A DNA stretch of 26,955 nucleotides from Promethearchaeota archaeon (GTDB taxonomy: Archaea > Asgardarchaeota > Lokiarchaeia > Sigyniarchaeales > SOKP01), in NCBI GenBank assembly GCA_013375475.1, contig JABXKD010000050.1, positions 1 to 26,955 on the forward strand, in the 5' to 3' direction. Both the position numbers and the translations under genes were made by a program. Shown one piece after another: positions 9,352 through 16,967 of the stretch; position 1 is the first letter of the stretch, and every line of letters begins with the position of its first letter. A model generated the notes under the pieces. The model ran no database searches and was not told the DNA's origin. It saw only the letters and a list, made by a program, of their open reading frames with translations.

Positions 9352-9429
9352 GATTTTAAATGATAAATTATTAAAATTTGCATTAATTTACTAACTTAGT
9401 AAACAAGTTCATAAATAAGAGAAAAAAGC

Positions 9430-9663
9430 ATGTCTCAATCTACTTGGAAAGATCAAATTAAAAAGAAGTGGGGACCCCATAGTCATTGTCCAATCTGTGG
9501 AAAAGCAATGCCAACAGATAAGCAGTTTTGTAGTCAAAATTGTCGAGACAACTATCATGGAAGCCAAAAAAAGCAGAAGAAAAAAAGTAGAATTCAAATG
9601 TTATTAATGGTTGGTGTTATGGCTGTTTTATTCGTGTTTCTGTTCATTTCTTCTGGATTTTAA
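9430..9663 (+). CDS. DUF2116-type Zn-ribbon membrane protein
   Basis: PHSHCPICGKAMP..KQFCSQNC followed by a basic stretch and a C-terminal hydrophobic helix. Confidence 0.8.
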   Translation: MSQSTWKDQIKKKWGPHSHCPICGKAMPTDKQFCSQNCRDNYHGSQKKQKKKSRIQMLLMVGVMAVLFVFLFISSGF

Positions 9664-9750
9664 TATTGAAAAACCTATTTATAATTTTAATAATTTAAAT
9701 CAAAATATATAGAATATAAAAATAGAGATAAAAAAATATAAGAAATCTAA

Positions 9751-9910
9751 GCAGGGATAACCAAGTTGGTCAACGGTGCCGGACTTTTGTGAGAAAAATT
9801 CTCACAACACGGATTCAAGATCAATAATCAATATTTCCGTTGATTAACAGAGTTTCTGATGAGATATCCGGTGAGATAGCTCTACGTGGGTTCGAGTCCC
9901 ACTCCCTGTA
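9751..9910 (+). tRNA. tRNA-Leu(CAA) with two introns (32/33: 9785..9814; 37/38: 9820..9865)
   Basis: Acceptor GCAGGGA/TCCCTGT with discriminator A. D arm ACC..GGT, anticodon stem CCGGA/TCCGG, long variable arm GAG-ATAG-CTC, T arm GTGGG-TTCGAGT-CCCAC. CAA lies at 9816-9818 between two hairpin-containing inserts. Canonical BHB at 37/38. CCA not encoded. Confidence 0.88.
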
Positions 9911-9940
9911 TTACTCGTTTTAGCATCTATCATTAAACAG

Positions 9941-10309
9941 TTAATTATCACTATCTTTTGGGATGTCAGTTAATACCTCATTTAAAAATAAACTCAAGGG
10001 TTTAGAAATCTCGTGATCATCGCTTATAGATTTTAAGAACAGCAATAATAATACAGGGGCATTGAAAAAAGAAGAAATTTTTTCTACTATAATATTGCTT
10101 AATATTTTTTGTTGAATTCCGAACAATTGATGGGTGGCTGCTGATACTTTCATACCTTCAATTGTAGGGGGGATTCCTAAAGTTACATTGCCTATACCCA
10201 TAGTCTCTTGGTCGGAAATAAGTACAAGATAGCTTTTATGTAATTTGAAGATTGAAATAAATAACGTAATTCTATCTAATTGCTTTGATCTTTCGATGAT
10301 AAGTTTCAT
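9941..10309 (-). CDS. Proteasome assembly chaperone 4 (PAC4/PSMG4)-like protein
   Basis: Size and pattern (ISIFKLHKSYLVLISDQ..GIGNVTLGIP...THQLFG...LSNIIVEKISSFFNAPVLLLL) resemble the PAC3/PAC4 fold; recognition by eye. Confidence 0.6.
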   Translation of the reverse strand: MKLIIERSKQLDRITLFISIFKLHKSYLVLISDQETMGIGNVTLGIPPTIEGMKVSAATHQLFGIQQKILSNIIVEKISSFFNAPVLLLLFLKSISDDHEISKPLSLFLNEVLTDIPKDSDN

Positions 10310-10346
10310 TTCTCGAGATAATACTAAAATATTTTTTAAATTAGGT

Positions 10347-11150
10347 TTATAATCTCAATTCTTTTATAGCTTCATTTACATCATAATTCTCATGAACGAT
10401 TAAATAAAGCGCTTTTACGACCTTTCTAGGGTTTTCCGCTTGAAACACATTTCTACCGTAAGCGACTCCTGCACCACCAACATCTATTGATTGTTTTGTT
10501 ATTTCTAATAGATCACTAATACCGGCTTTCACTCCTCCTGCAATAATTACAGGGGCCATGCACCCGTCCACAACTTCTTTAAAAGAATCAGGATCTCCTG
10601 TCCAATTGGTTTTTACGATGTCTGCACCGAGTTCCGCAGCAACTCGAGCAGCAATTTTGACAACCTGAGCGTCGTGTTCGTCTTCGACATTTTCACCCCT
10701 AGGATACATCATAGCTAAAAGGGGCATCCCGAATTCTCGGCATTCTCGCGAAACTTTACCTAAAATTTCCAACATTTCCGGATCTGTTTTTGTTCCTATG
10801 TTAATGTGTAAAGAGACGCCATCAGCACCTAGCTTTACAGCTTCTAATACGTCGTTGACTAAAACTTTGTAATTAGCATCTGGACTTATTGAAGTCGAAC
10901 CCGATAAGTGCAAAATCAAGCCAATATCTGGACCATAACCTCTGTGGGCATAAAGTGGAATCCCTACATGACCTAAAACTGCATTTGCTCCTCCTAAAGC
11001 AACTTTATTAACCACATCTCCTAAATTTCTGTCAATTCCTTTAATTGGGCCCTCAGTTAAACCATGATCCATGGGAATTATGATTGTTCTTTTTGTTTCC
11101 CGGTTGAAAATCCTCTCTAATCTAATTCTTTTACCTATATAACCAGAAAT
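10347..11150 (-). CDS. aroA': DhnA-type class I aldolase, probably 2-amino-3,7-dideoxy-D-threo-hept-6-ulosonate synthase (AroA'); apparent ATT start at 11150
   Basis: MDHG, LILHLSGST, MMYPRG, AAELGADIVKT, IAGG, GRNVFQ. The frame extends 26 codons upstream of the track ATG (11072) as ISGYIGKRIRLERIFNRETKRTIIIP, the conserved family N-terminus, bounded by in-frame TAA at 11156-11154. Confidence 0.85.
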   Translation of the reverse strand: MSGYIGKRIRLERIFNRETKRTIIIPMDHGLTEGPIKGIDRNLGDVVNKVALGGANAVLGHVGIPLYAHRGYGPDIGLILHLSGSTSISPDANYKVLVNDVLEAVKLGADGVSLHINIGTKTDPEMLEILGKVSRECREFGMPLLAMMYPRGENVEDEHDAQVVKIAARVAAELGADIVKTNWTGDPDSFKEVVDGCMAPVIIAGGVKAGISDLLEITKQSIDVGGAGVAYGRNVFQAENPRKVVKALYLIVHENYDVNEAIKELRL

Positions 11151-11156
11151 CGATTA

Positions 11157-11163
11157 ATCACCT
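11157..11163 (-). promoter_or_regulatory. Shine-Dalgarno motif AGGTGAT for aroA'
   Basis: 7-nt match to the archaeal consensus (AGG)AGGTGAT(C), 6 nt before ATT at 11150. Confidence 0.7.
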
Positions 11164-11264
11164 ATAAAACAATGTCTTTATTATTTAAATTATCTTTAAA
11201 ATTATATAATATAGTATAGAGCATTTTTTTAATTCTTTTAAAAAATATTAATCATTGATTTTTA

Positions 11265-11495
11265 ATGTCTGAATCTAAAGAAAGCTTTCCTACTGATAAA
11301 AATAAAACATTGAAAAGCTGTTATAACTGTAGTATTCAAATCAATGACGCAAGTCAGAAGGTTTGTCACAATTGCAATACAATTTTAAATCCGAACGATT
11401 TAAAATGGAGAAACAGCTTTATTTCTCTTCTCTGCTTATTGTGCTTTATTCCATTTCTTATAGCATTTATATCTGTCTTAACTTTGAATTTATAA
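11265..11495 (+). CDS. Small Zn-ribbon protein with C-terminal transmembrane helix
   Basis: CYNC-x10-CHNC followed by a hydrophobic C-terminus. Confidence 0.7.
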   Translation: MSESKESFPTDKNKTLKSCYNCSIQINDASQKVCHNCNTILNPNDLKWRNSFISLLCLLCFIPFLIAFISVLTLNL

Positions 11496-11531
11496 CGAAA
11501 AGTTTAGATAGTATTAATATTACGATAAAAT

Positions 11532-12059
11532 TTACTTAGGAGAAAAAACTACATCAGAAATTCGTTGCCTACGTATGTCAAAATCATGATCGAGATAAAG
11601 AGTAATACAGTGTTGATCTTTTTTCTTAGAATTTTTGTGAACATAACTTACGGGAACAACTGGTAATTCAGACTTTAACACAAAAGCTCTCGGGATAGGT
11701 ACAGCAATTATTTCTTTACATCGTTCACAATTAACTAATACGACTTTATTTTTTCCAGAATCGAGCTTCTTCATTTTAGTAACTAAGTCCGGAGAAAGAC
11801 CAGGAGAATTTATTGTTATTTTATCTTTTTGTTTCGGTGATTCAGGGACTAAAGGAATATCCAATTCAAAATCTTCTTCAGTTGAGAGACTTTTTTTCCC
11901 CTTCTTAACAGTTTCTTTTTTTGGTTTTGCTCCACTCATTTGTCCCTTAGTTTTACTAGTATCTTGATTTTTGGACGATTCATTTTCTGATTTGTGCTTA
12001 TCGTCTTTGTTTTTTAATGTGGTATTAGCTTTTTTGCCTGGATTCTCCAATACTCTCAC
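11532..12059 (-). CDS. Hypothetical protein: Lys-rich disordered N-terminus plus putative Zn-binding C-terminal domain
   Basis: K/S/N-rich first ~100 aa, then VNCERC...YVH...HCITLYLDHDFDIRR (CxxC..H..H). Confidence 0.7.
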   Translation of the reverse strand: MRVLENPGKKANTTLKNKDDKHKSENESSKNQDTSKTKGQMSGAKPKKETVKKGKKSLSTEEDFELDIPLVPESPKQKDKITINSPGLSPDLVTKMKKLDSGKNKVVLVNCERCKEIIAVPIPRAFVLKSELPVVPVSYVHKNSKKKDQHCITLYLDHDFDIRRQRISDVVFSPK

Positions 12060-12136
12060 TAACCTTAGTATTTTAACTCTATGTGAATATACCTAATATA
12101 ACTTGATTAAGACTCCTGTTTAAATAAAGAATAAAA

Positions 12137-12742
12137 CTATACCCCAAATATCTGCCTTAACTCGGCATATATCTTTGAAAGCTCGGAAATGATAGGTGCA
12201 TTATTTTGTTGAAGATAATAATTGATGTATCCTGATAACCCCTCACCATCCTTAATCCATTCTAAGAAAGATTGAACTTCACCTTTTAATTGTGGGTCGA
12301 TGTTTACTGCGGCTGATACGGAAGGTCTACTTGCGCCCCCTAGTTGAGAACTACTATCTAAATAGTTTTGTTTTGAGCTTAGCTGTGAAAGCGCTCTCGC
12401 TGTATCCATCGTTGCTCCCATAGGCTCACCGTCAGGTTCAAGATAAATAATTAACTTATGTTCTTCATCCTTTGCTCCAAGAATGTGTCCTTCACCTCTA
12501 ATTGAAGTTGCTACCAATCTTTCCGAGGTACATTGAAGAACAGAGTATTTTACGCCTGAAATCATAATGAATTGCGCTGTCATACTATTCCAGCTTGATA
12601 TGACTTTACTAATGTCAGCGCTAACATCCCAATTATCTGTTGAGTAAAGAATGGTATCTCTTCCTTGAACTAGAGCAGCAGCAATAATACTGGGATCTCT
12701 TTGTAATAATTTGTTAACAACAGTGGCTGGATCAATGGGCAT
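12137..12742 (-). CDS. Asgard profilin-like protein with C-terminal extension
   Basis: AAALV...YSTDNWDVS...ISGVKYSVLQCTSERLVATSIRGEGHILG...IIYLEP matches the Loki-profilin pattern as recalled (TENWNIS, IQGIKY, ERKIGT, GKGH). ATG at 12742 preferred over TTG at 12754. Confidence 0.8.
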   Translation of the reverse strand: MPIDPATVVNKLLQRDPSIIAAALVQGRDTILYSTDNWDVSADISKVISSWNSMTAQFIMISGVKYSVLQCTSERLVATSIRGEGHILGAKDEEHKLIIYLEPDGEPMGATMDTARALSQLSSKQNYLDSSSQLGGASRPSVSAAVNIDPQLKGEVQSFLEWIKDGEGLSGYINYYLQQNNAPIISELSKIYAELRQIFGV

Positions 12743-12846
12743 TTTTATTTCCAATTTTTTAGATTTAATTAACCTAGTGTAAAAATAATAATAATATTAG
12801 TATAAATATAATTATAAAATTTGTATTAAAAATTTTGGTTAATTAC

Positions 12847-13371
12847 TTATTCTTCTTTTGAAGTCTTTATGTTTATTCTCCCAAACTTGGGTTTATATTG
12901 AAATTTATCGCTTTCAGAGTCTAGTTTATCCTTTTTGTTGAATTTATCTTCAAAAATTATTTTATCATTCGTAAATAAAAAATGCTCTAAATCGTTTTTT
13001 TTAAGTTCTTTGAAGTGATCTTGTAGTGACGATTCATTTTTAAAAATCTTCCCACACACAGGACAATTAAAATATGGGTCTTCTAAAAGACCTTTAGGTC
13101 GTTTGACTACAATTGGAAATTCTTTCCTCTTATTTAATAATCCATGTACTTTCCGACAATAATGCCTCTGTAATCTTCCATAAGGTGGGTACTCAAAAAA
13201 AATCTTGCTTCCGTGAGTACACTCCCAATACAACACATCTGCACCACATTTTTTACAAGATGTCTGAAAAGATCGTAGATAACAATGTTTCCCGTGGCTT
13301 TTATAATTATGTCGCATTATATAATTAGAAAATTCCATCTTATTAAAAATTTTTGGTGAAATGTCGTACAC
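12847..13371 (-). CDS. Zinc-finger protein (N-terminal CxxC..HxC module and C2H2-like finger); true start probably at a downstream ATG
   Basis: CKKCGADVLYWEC...RHYC and FNCPVCGKIFKNESSLQDHF...H. Confidence 0.7.
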   Translation of the reverse strand: MYDISPKIFNKMEFSNYIMRHNYKSHGKHCYLRSFQTSCKKCGADVLYWECTHGSKIFFEYPPYGRLQRHYCRKVHGLLNKRKEFPIVVKRPKGLLEDPYFNCPVCGKIFKNESSLQDHFKELKKNDLEHFLFTNDKIIFEDKFNKKDKLDSESDKFQYKPKFGRINIKTSKEE

Positions 13372-13485
13372 TAAAAATTCTAAATGTGAATTTTATCAAC
13401 TGATAAATCCATAAAACGCAAACATTTAAATGTATGACTTTAATTATAGAAATTAAGGATTTGAAATATATGTGGGTATAAGTAA

Positions 13486-14415
13486 TTGGATCTTTCAATG
13501 CCTCAAAATAATTTAAATTTATGCCCAGAATGTGGGAATGCTGATTTAGTATCTGACAACGCTCGCGGCGAAATCATATGCAATGTATGTGGTCTGGTTT
13601 TAAGTCAAAAAATCATTGATTCTGGTCCAGAATGGAGAGCTTTTTCTTCAGAAGAGGCCAGTAAAAAAGTTAGAGTAGGAGCACCAACAACTTTAACGTT
13701 ACACGATAAAGGATTGAGCACAATGATTGGTTGGAAAAACAAAGACGCATTTGGCAAAAGTATAACCCCCAAAATGAAAGCTGAAGTATATCGTTTAAGG
13801 AAATGGCATGTAAGAACGAGAACTAATAAATCTATAGATCGAAATTTAGCCTATGCGATGAATGAACTAGATCGCTTTTCTTCGCAACTTTCCTTGTCAA
13901 AAGAATTAAAAGAATCAGCAGCGCACATATATAGAAAAATGGCACACAAAAATCTCATTCGAGGAAGATCTATTGAAGCAATGCTTATCGCTTCAATATA
14001 TTTATCCTGTAGATTAAATAATATACCTAAAACTCTTGATGACTTTATTGAATTTGCTCTCGTTGATAAAAAAAAGATTGCTCGCTGTTATAGGCTTATA
14101 TTAAACGAATTAAAAATTAATATTCAAGTTTCCTCCCCAATAAATTTCATCCCAAGATTTTGTGCGGAACTAAACCTTTCAGGGAGAACTCAGAACCGAG
14201 CTGCAGAACTATTAAAATTAGCTAAAAAATATCACATTACCGCGGGAAAAGCACCCACTGGTTTAGCGGGGGCTGCTTTATATGTAGCGGCAATCCAAGA
14301 AGGAGAACGCCGAACTCAAAAAGAAATCTCATTAGCGGCAGGAGTTACGGAAGCTACAATAAGAAACAGGTATAAAGAAATGGTCAATCATTTAAGATTT
14401 GATTTAAAACCATAG
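13486..14415 (+). CDS. tfb: Transcription initiation factor IIB
   Basis: Zn ribbon CPECG..CNVCG, B-reader IDSGPEWRAF, LHDKGLST, two cyclin repeats (LIRGRSIE, GKAPTGLAGAALY, GVTEATIRNRYKE). Confidence 0.97.
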   Translation: MDLSMPQNNLNLCPECGNADLVSDNARGEIICNVCGLVLSQKIIDSGPEWRAFSSEEASKKVRVGAPTTLTLHDKGLSTMIGWKNKDAFGKSITPKMKAEVYRLRKWHVRTRTNKSIDRNLAYAMNELDRFSSQLSLSKELKESAAHIYRKMAHKNLIRGRSIEAMLIASIYLSCRLNNIPKTLDDFIEFALVDKKKIARCYRLILNELKINIQVSSPINFIPRFCAELNLSGRTQNRAAELLKLAKKYHITAGKAPTGLAGAALYVAAIQEGERRTQKEISLAAGVTEATIRNRYKEMVNHLRFDLKP

Positions 14416-14421
14416 AATGCC

Positions 14422-14444
14422 TTTAGAAGTGATTTGCTTCTAAA
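14422..14444. terminator. Inverted repeat between convergent tfb and rpoP
   Basis: TTTAGAAG-tgatttg-CTTCTAAA, a perfect 8-bp stem next to an A8 tract (T8 on the rpoP strand directly after its stop). Confidence 0.5.
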
Positions 14445-14453
14445 TAAAAAAAA

Positions 14454-14603
14454 TTATCGAACTTTTATTCTTTTTATTACATCTGGGCGTTTTTTATATA
14501 AGATGCGAAATCCACAGTGAGAACATTTAATTCCAGGTAAAGCGCTTAATTCTTTTTTAGATACTTCTTTCCCACAGCTTTTTCTAGCACATACATATTT
14601 CAT
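14454..14603 (-). CDS. rpoP: DNA-directed RNA polymerase subunit P (Rpo12)
   Basis: Not in ORF track (49 aa): MKYVCARKSCGKEVSKKELSALPGIKCSHCGFRILYKKRPDVIKRIKVR. The C..CGFRILYKKR signature is present. Confidence 0.93.
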   Translation of the reverse strand: MKYVCARKSCGKEVSKKELSALPGIKCSHCGFRILYKKRPDVIKRIKVR

Positions 14604-14703
14604 ACTTTTACTAATGAACTAAGGTTAAAATAATTTTCGCAAATAATCTAGAAAGCTAGTAGAATTCCTAAGATCTTTAATAAATTAAGGAAAATAATTA
14701 AAA

Positions 14704-15519
14704 TTAAATATACAATGACTTTCTCTTATCTTCAGTATCGACAAATTCAAATGTGTTTAGATCTTTTTCGAGTTGGTCTCGTTTATTCTGAAGATTTTTT
14801 GTTATATCATCAATATTATCGAGAGAGTATTTCTTTTTAATTGGCAATGTAAACGACTTCTTCAGCATTTCTAAAAGGGTTATTGAGGCTTTTAAATCGG
14901 TAATATCTTCATTTACCATGGCAATATTATCTGTCTCCGCCAAAAGAACAATACCATCTAAATTAAATCTCGCCTTTGCTAATGTAGGGATTAAACCATT
15001 AGCACCGATAATTACTCCCTTCTGGATTTTCTTACAATTGTTTTTCGTTAAAAATTCTGTCAGTAATTCTCGATTGGTTGAACTTGCATAAATTTTAGGA
15101 ATGTTTCCATTTATTTTACGACTATTCACTGGATACGCTCCTAAAGCTATAATTAAATTGACTTTGCATTGATATATTATCTCTGTAAGAAAGTTTGAAA
15201 TTCTATATATCCCTTTAGGTGTTAAGCTTTGCGCATCAGCAGTGATTAAAAAAATGTCTCTCTTTCGATTCGGATCTTTCCAATATAATATCTCTGCTTT
15301 GGGAGCAGATAGTAAACTATCATCAACTATAGCTCCCGCGGGATAGTCGTCAAAGATAAAATCCATAAAGTTCTTAGCATCGAGTTGTCCAATTAAAGAA
15401 TCTATTGCGAATTTTCCAACATCAGCTATTCCCGGCATCCCTAAAATACATATAGGGTCTACAAAATCATCCTCATTAAAATCACAATGTTTAATTACCC
15501 TTATCCCAGACTCAGTCAC
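14704..15519 (-). CDS. PAC2-family proteasome assembly chaperone (PbaA/PbaB-like)
   Basis: ILGMPGIADVGKFA, IIALGAY, IIGANGLI, LLAET, DLKAS. Ends in HbYX-type LYI. Confidence 0.88.
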   Translation of the reverse strand: MTESGIRVIKHCDFNEDDFVDPICILGMPGIADVGKFAIDSLIGQLDAKNFMDFIFDDYPAGAIVDDSLLSAPKAEILYWKDPNRKRDIFLITADAQSLTPKGIYRISNFLTEIIYQCKVNLIIALGAYPVNSRKINGNIPKIYASSTNRELLTEFLTKNNCKKIQKGVIIGANGLIPTLAKARFNLDGIVLLAETDNIAMVNEDITDLKASITLLEMLKKSFTLPIKKKYSLDNIDDITKNLQNKRDQLEKDLNTFEFVDTEDKRKSLYI

Positions 15520-15722
15520 TTTTTATACCCTACGTTTTATTGTTTTGCTATTATTAGAGTCATAATTATTTCTTTAAAATCAATGTGTTATCCTAATAGA
15601 CACGTAATTTATTGTAAAAGTAATATAATCATAATATCACAAAAAATATATTTTCTAAAGTACCATTAGATATATCGGAATTTGTACCGATTATTATAAA
15701 ATATTGTTGTAATCCTCAAGAA

Positions 15723-16316
15723 TTGACCGAGCTATACTATAAATGCCTAAAATGCGGGACTTGTTGTCATGAAATTGATTTCAAAAAGAGAATTCCGTTG
15801 TATCCCGATGAAGCAGATAGATTGATTGAAATCGCGAAAAAACGAGGTATTGCCTTTAAAATCATAGAAGATTTAGTTTTTCCTGATGTATTAAATGAAA
15901 AAATCCTTGTCGTGACCTATAAAATACGATTAGACAACGATACTCATGGGTGCCCGTTTTATGACGCAAATAAAGGCTGTACAGTTCAAGAAGTGAAGCC
16001 ATTAGCATGTAAGGCTTACCCCTTGGCTTTAAAACAAGTAGATGCATTTAATTTTCAAATAAGCGTTGATCCTTTATGCAATTATGTAGATGGAAATTAC
16101 GATTTATTAAAAAAAGCGGATTTTGCTAAAATTAAAGAAATTTTTAAAAATGAATATCCTAATGCTCAAGAACACTTAAGAAGAAATAAAAAACTAATGG
16201 TAAAGATCAAAAAGCTCGAATACAAGAATAAAATAAAAATATCAAGAGAAATTTTACTTAATGATTTCAATGAATATCTAAAAGAATGGGATAGAGAAGA
16301 ATTAACAGCAAATTAA
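15723..16316 (+). CDS. YkgJ-family cysteine-cluster (CxxCxxCC) protein
   Basis: CLKCGTCC, GCPFYD..KGCTV..VKPLACKAYP. Confidence 0.88.
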   Translation: MTELYYKCLKCGTCCHEIDFKKRIPLYPDEADRLIEIAKKRGIAFKIIEDLVFPDVLNEKILVVTYKIRLDNDTHGCPFYDANKGCTVQEVKPLACKAYPLALKQVDAFNFQISVDPLCNYVDGNYDLLKKADFAKIKEIFKNEYPNAQEHLRRNKKLMVKIKKLEYKNKIKISREILLNDFNEYLKEWDREELTAN

Positions 16317-16319
16317 AAA

Positions 16320-16967
16320 TTGGTGAGAATAATAAGAAAATTTATATCTTTACTCTCTGGCGGTTTGGATAGTCCAATCGCAGCATATGTAATGATAAAA
16401 AGGGGTTTTACTCCTGTTTTTCTCACGTTTTTAACTTCAGACGATTACGAAGATTCATTGAAAAAAAAAGTTATAAAAATTGTAAATAATTTAACAACCT
16501 TTACCGATGATAAGTTGAAAATATATTTCATTAACCACGACAATAACTTGGAAGGTTTTAAACAAACTTGCGATCGAAAATTAACTTGTGTTTTATGTAA
16601 GCGGTTAATGATTAGGATAGCTAAACAATTAGGAAAACTAGAAGGAACTAATATAATTGTTACAGGAGATATTCTAGGAGAACAAGCTAGTCAAACTTTG
16701 GACAATTTATATTCTTATAATAACATAATTCAAGATTTTATTCTATTACGACCCCTTATAGGATGCGATAAACAAGAAGTAATTAATATAAATAAGCAAA
16801 TTGGGTTATACAACACTTCTTCAGAATCTTCTGCAGGCTGTCAATTTAATCCTCAATACCCTGAAACTCATGCGAAGTTGTTTGAAGTAGAAGATTCAGA
16901 ATTAAAAGTCAACATATCTGATCTAGTCGAAAATTCAATAAATAGTGCCGAGATATTAGAATTTTAG
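16320..16967 (+). CDS. ThiI-like sulfurtransferase, PP-loop catalytic domain only
   Basis: LLSGGLDSPIAA, CVLCKRLM, VTGDILGEQASQTLDNL, LRPLIGCDKQEVI, AGC...PET. No N-terminal NFLD/THUMP domains. Confidence 0.85.
   Translation: MVRIIRKFISLLSGGLDSPIAAYVMIKRGFTPVFLTFLTSDDYEDSLKKKVIKIVNNLTTFTDDKLKIYFINHDNNLEGFKQTCDRKLTCVLCKRLMIRIAKQLGKLEGTNIIVTGDILGEQASQTLDNLYSYNNIIQDFILLRPLIGCDKQEVININKQIGLYNTSSESSAGCQFNPQYPETHAKLFEVEDSELKVNISDLVENSINSAEILEF

Noticed and set aside
9856-9862. CTGATGA resembling overlapping box D/box C in the tRNA intron
   Set aside because: These bases are fully explained by BHB pairing with TCA and CTCA, and no separate partner box or guide region was seen.
9751-9910. tRNA-Sec or tRNA-Lys(TTT) interpretation
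   Set aside because: The 7/5 acceptor/T stems and A discriminator exclude Sec. The long variable arm and the canonical BHB around CAA argue against reading CT-TTT-GT as a Lys anticodon loop.
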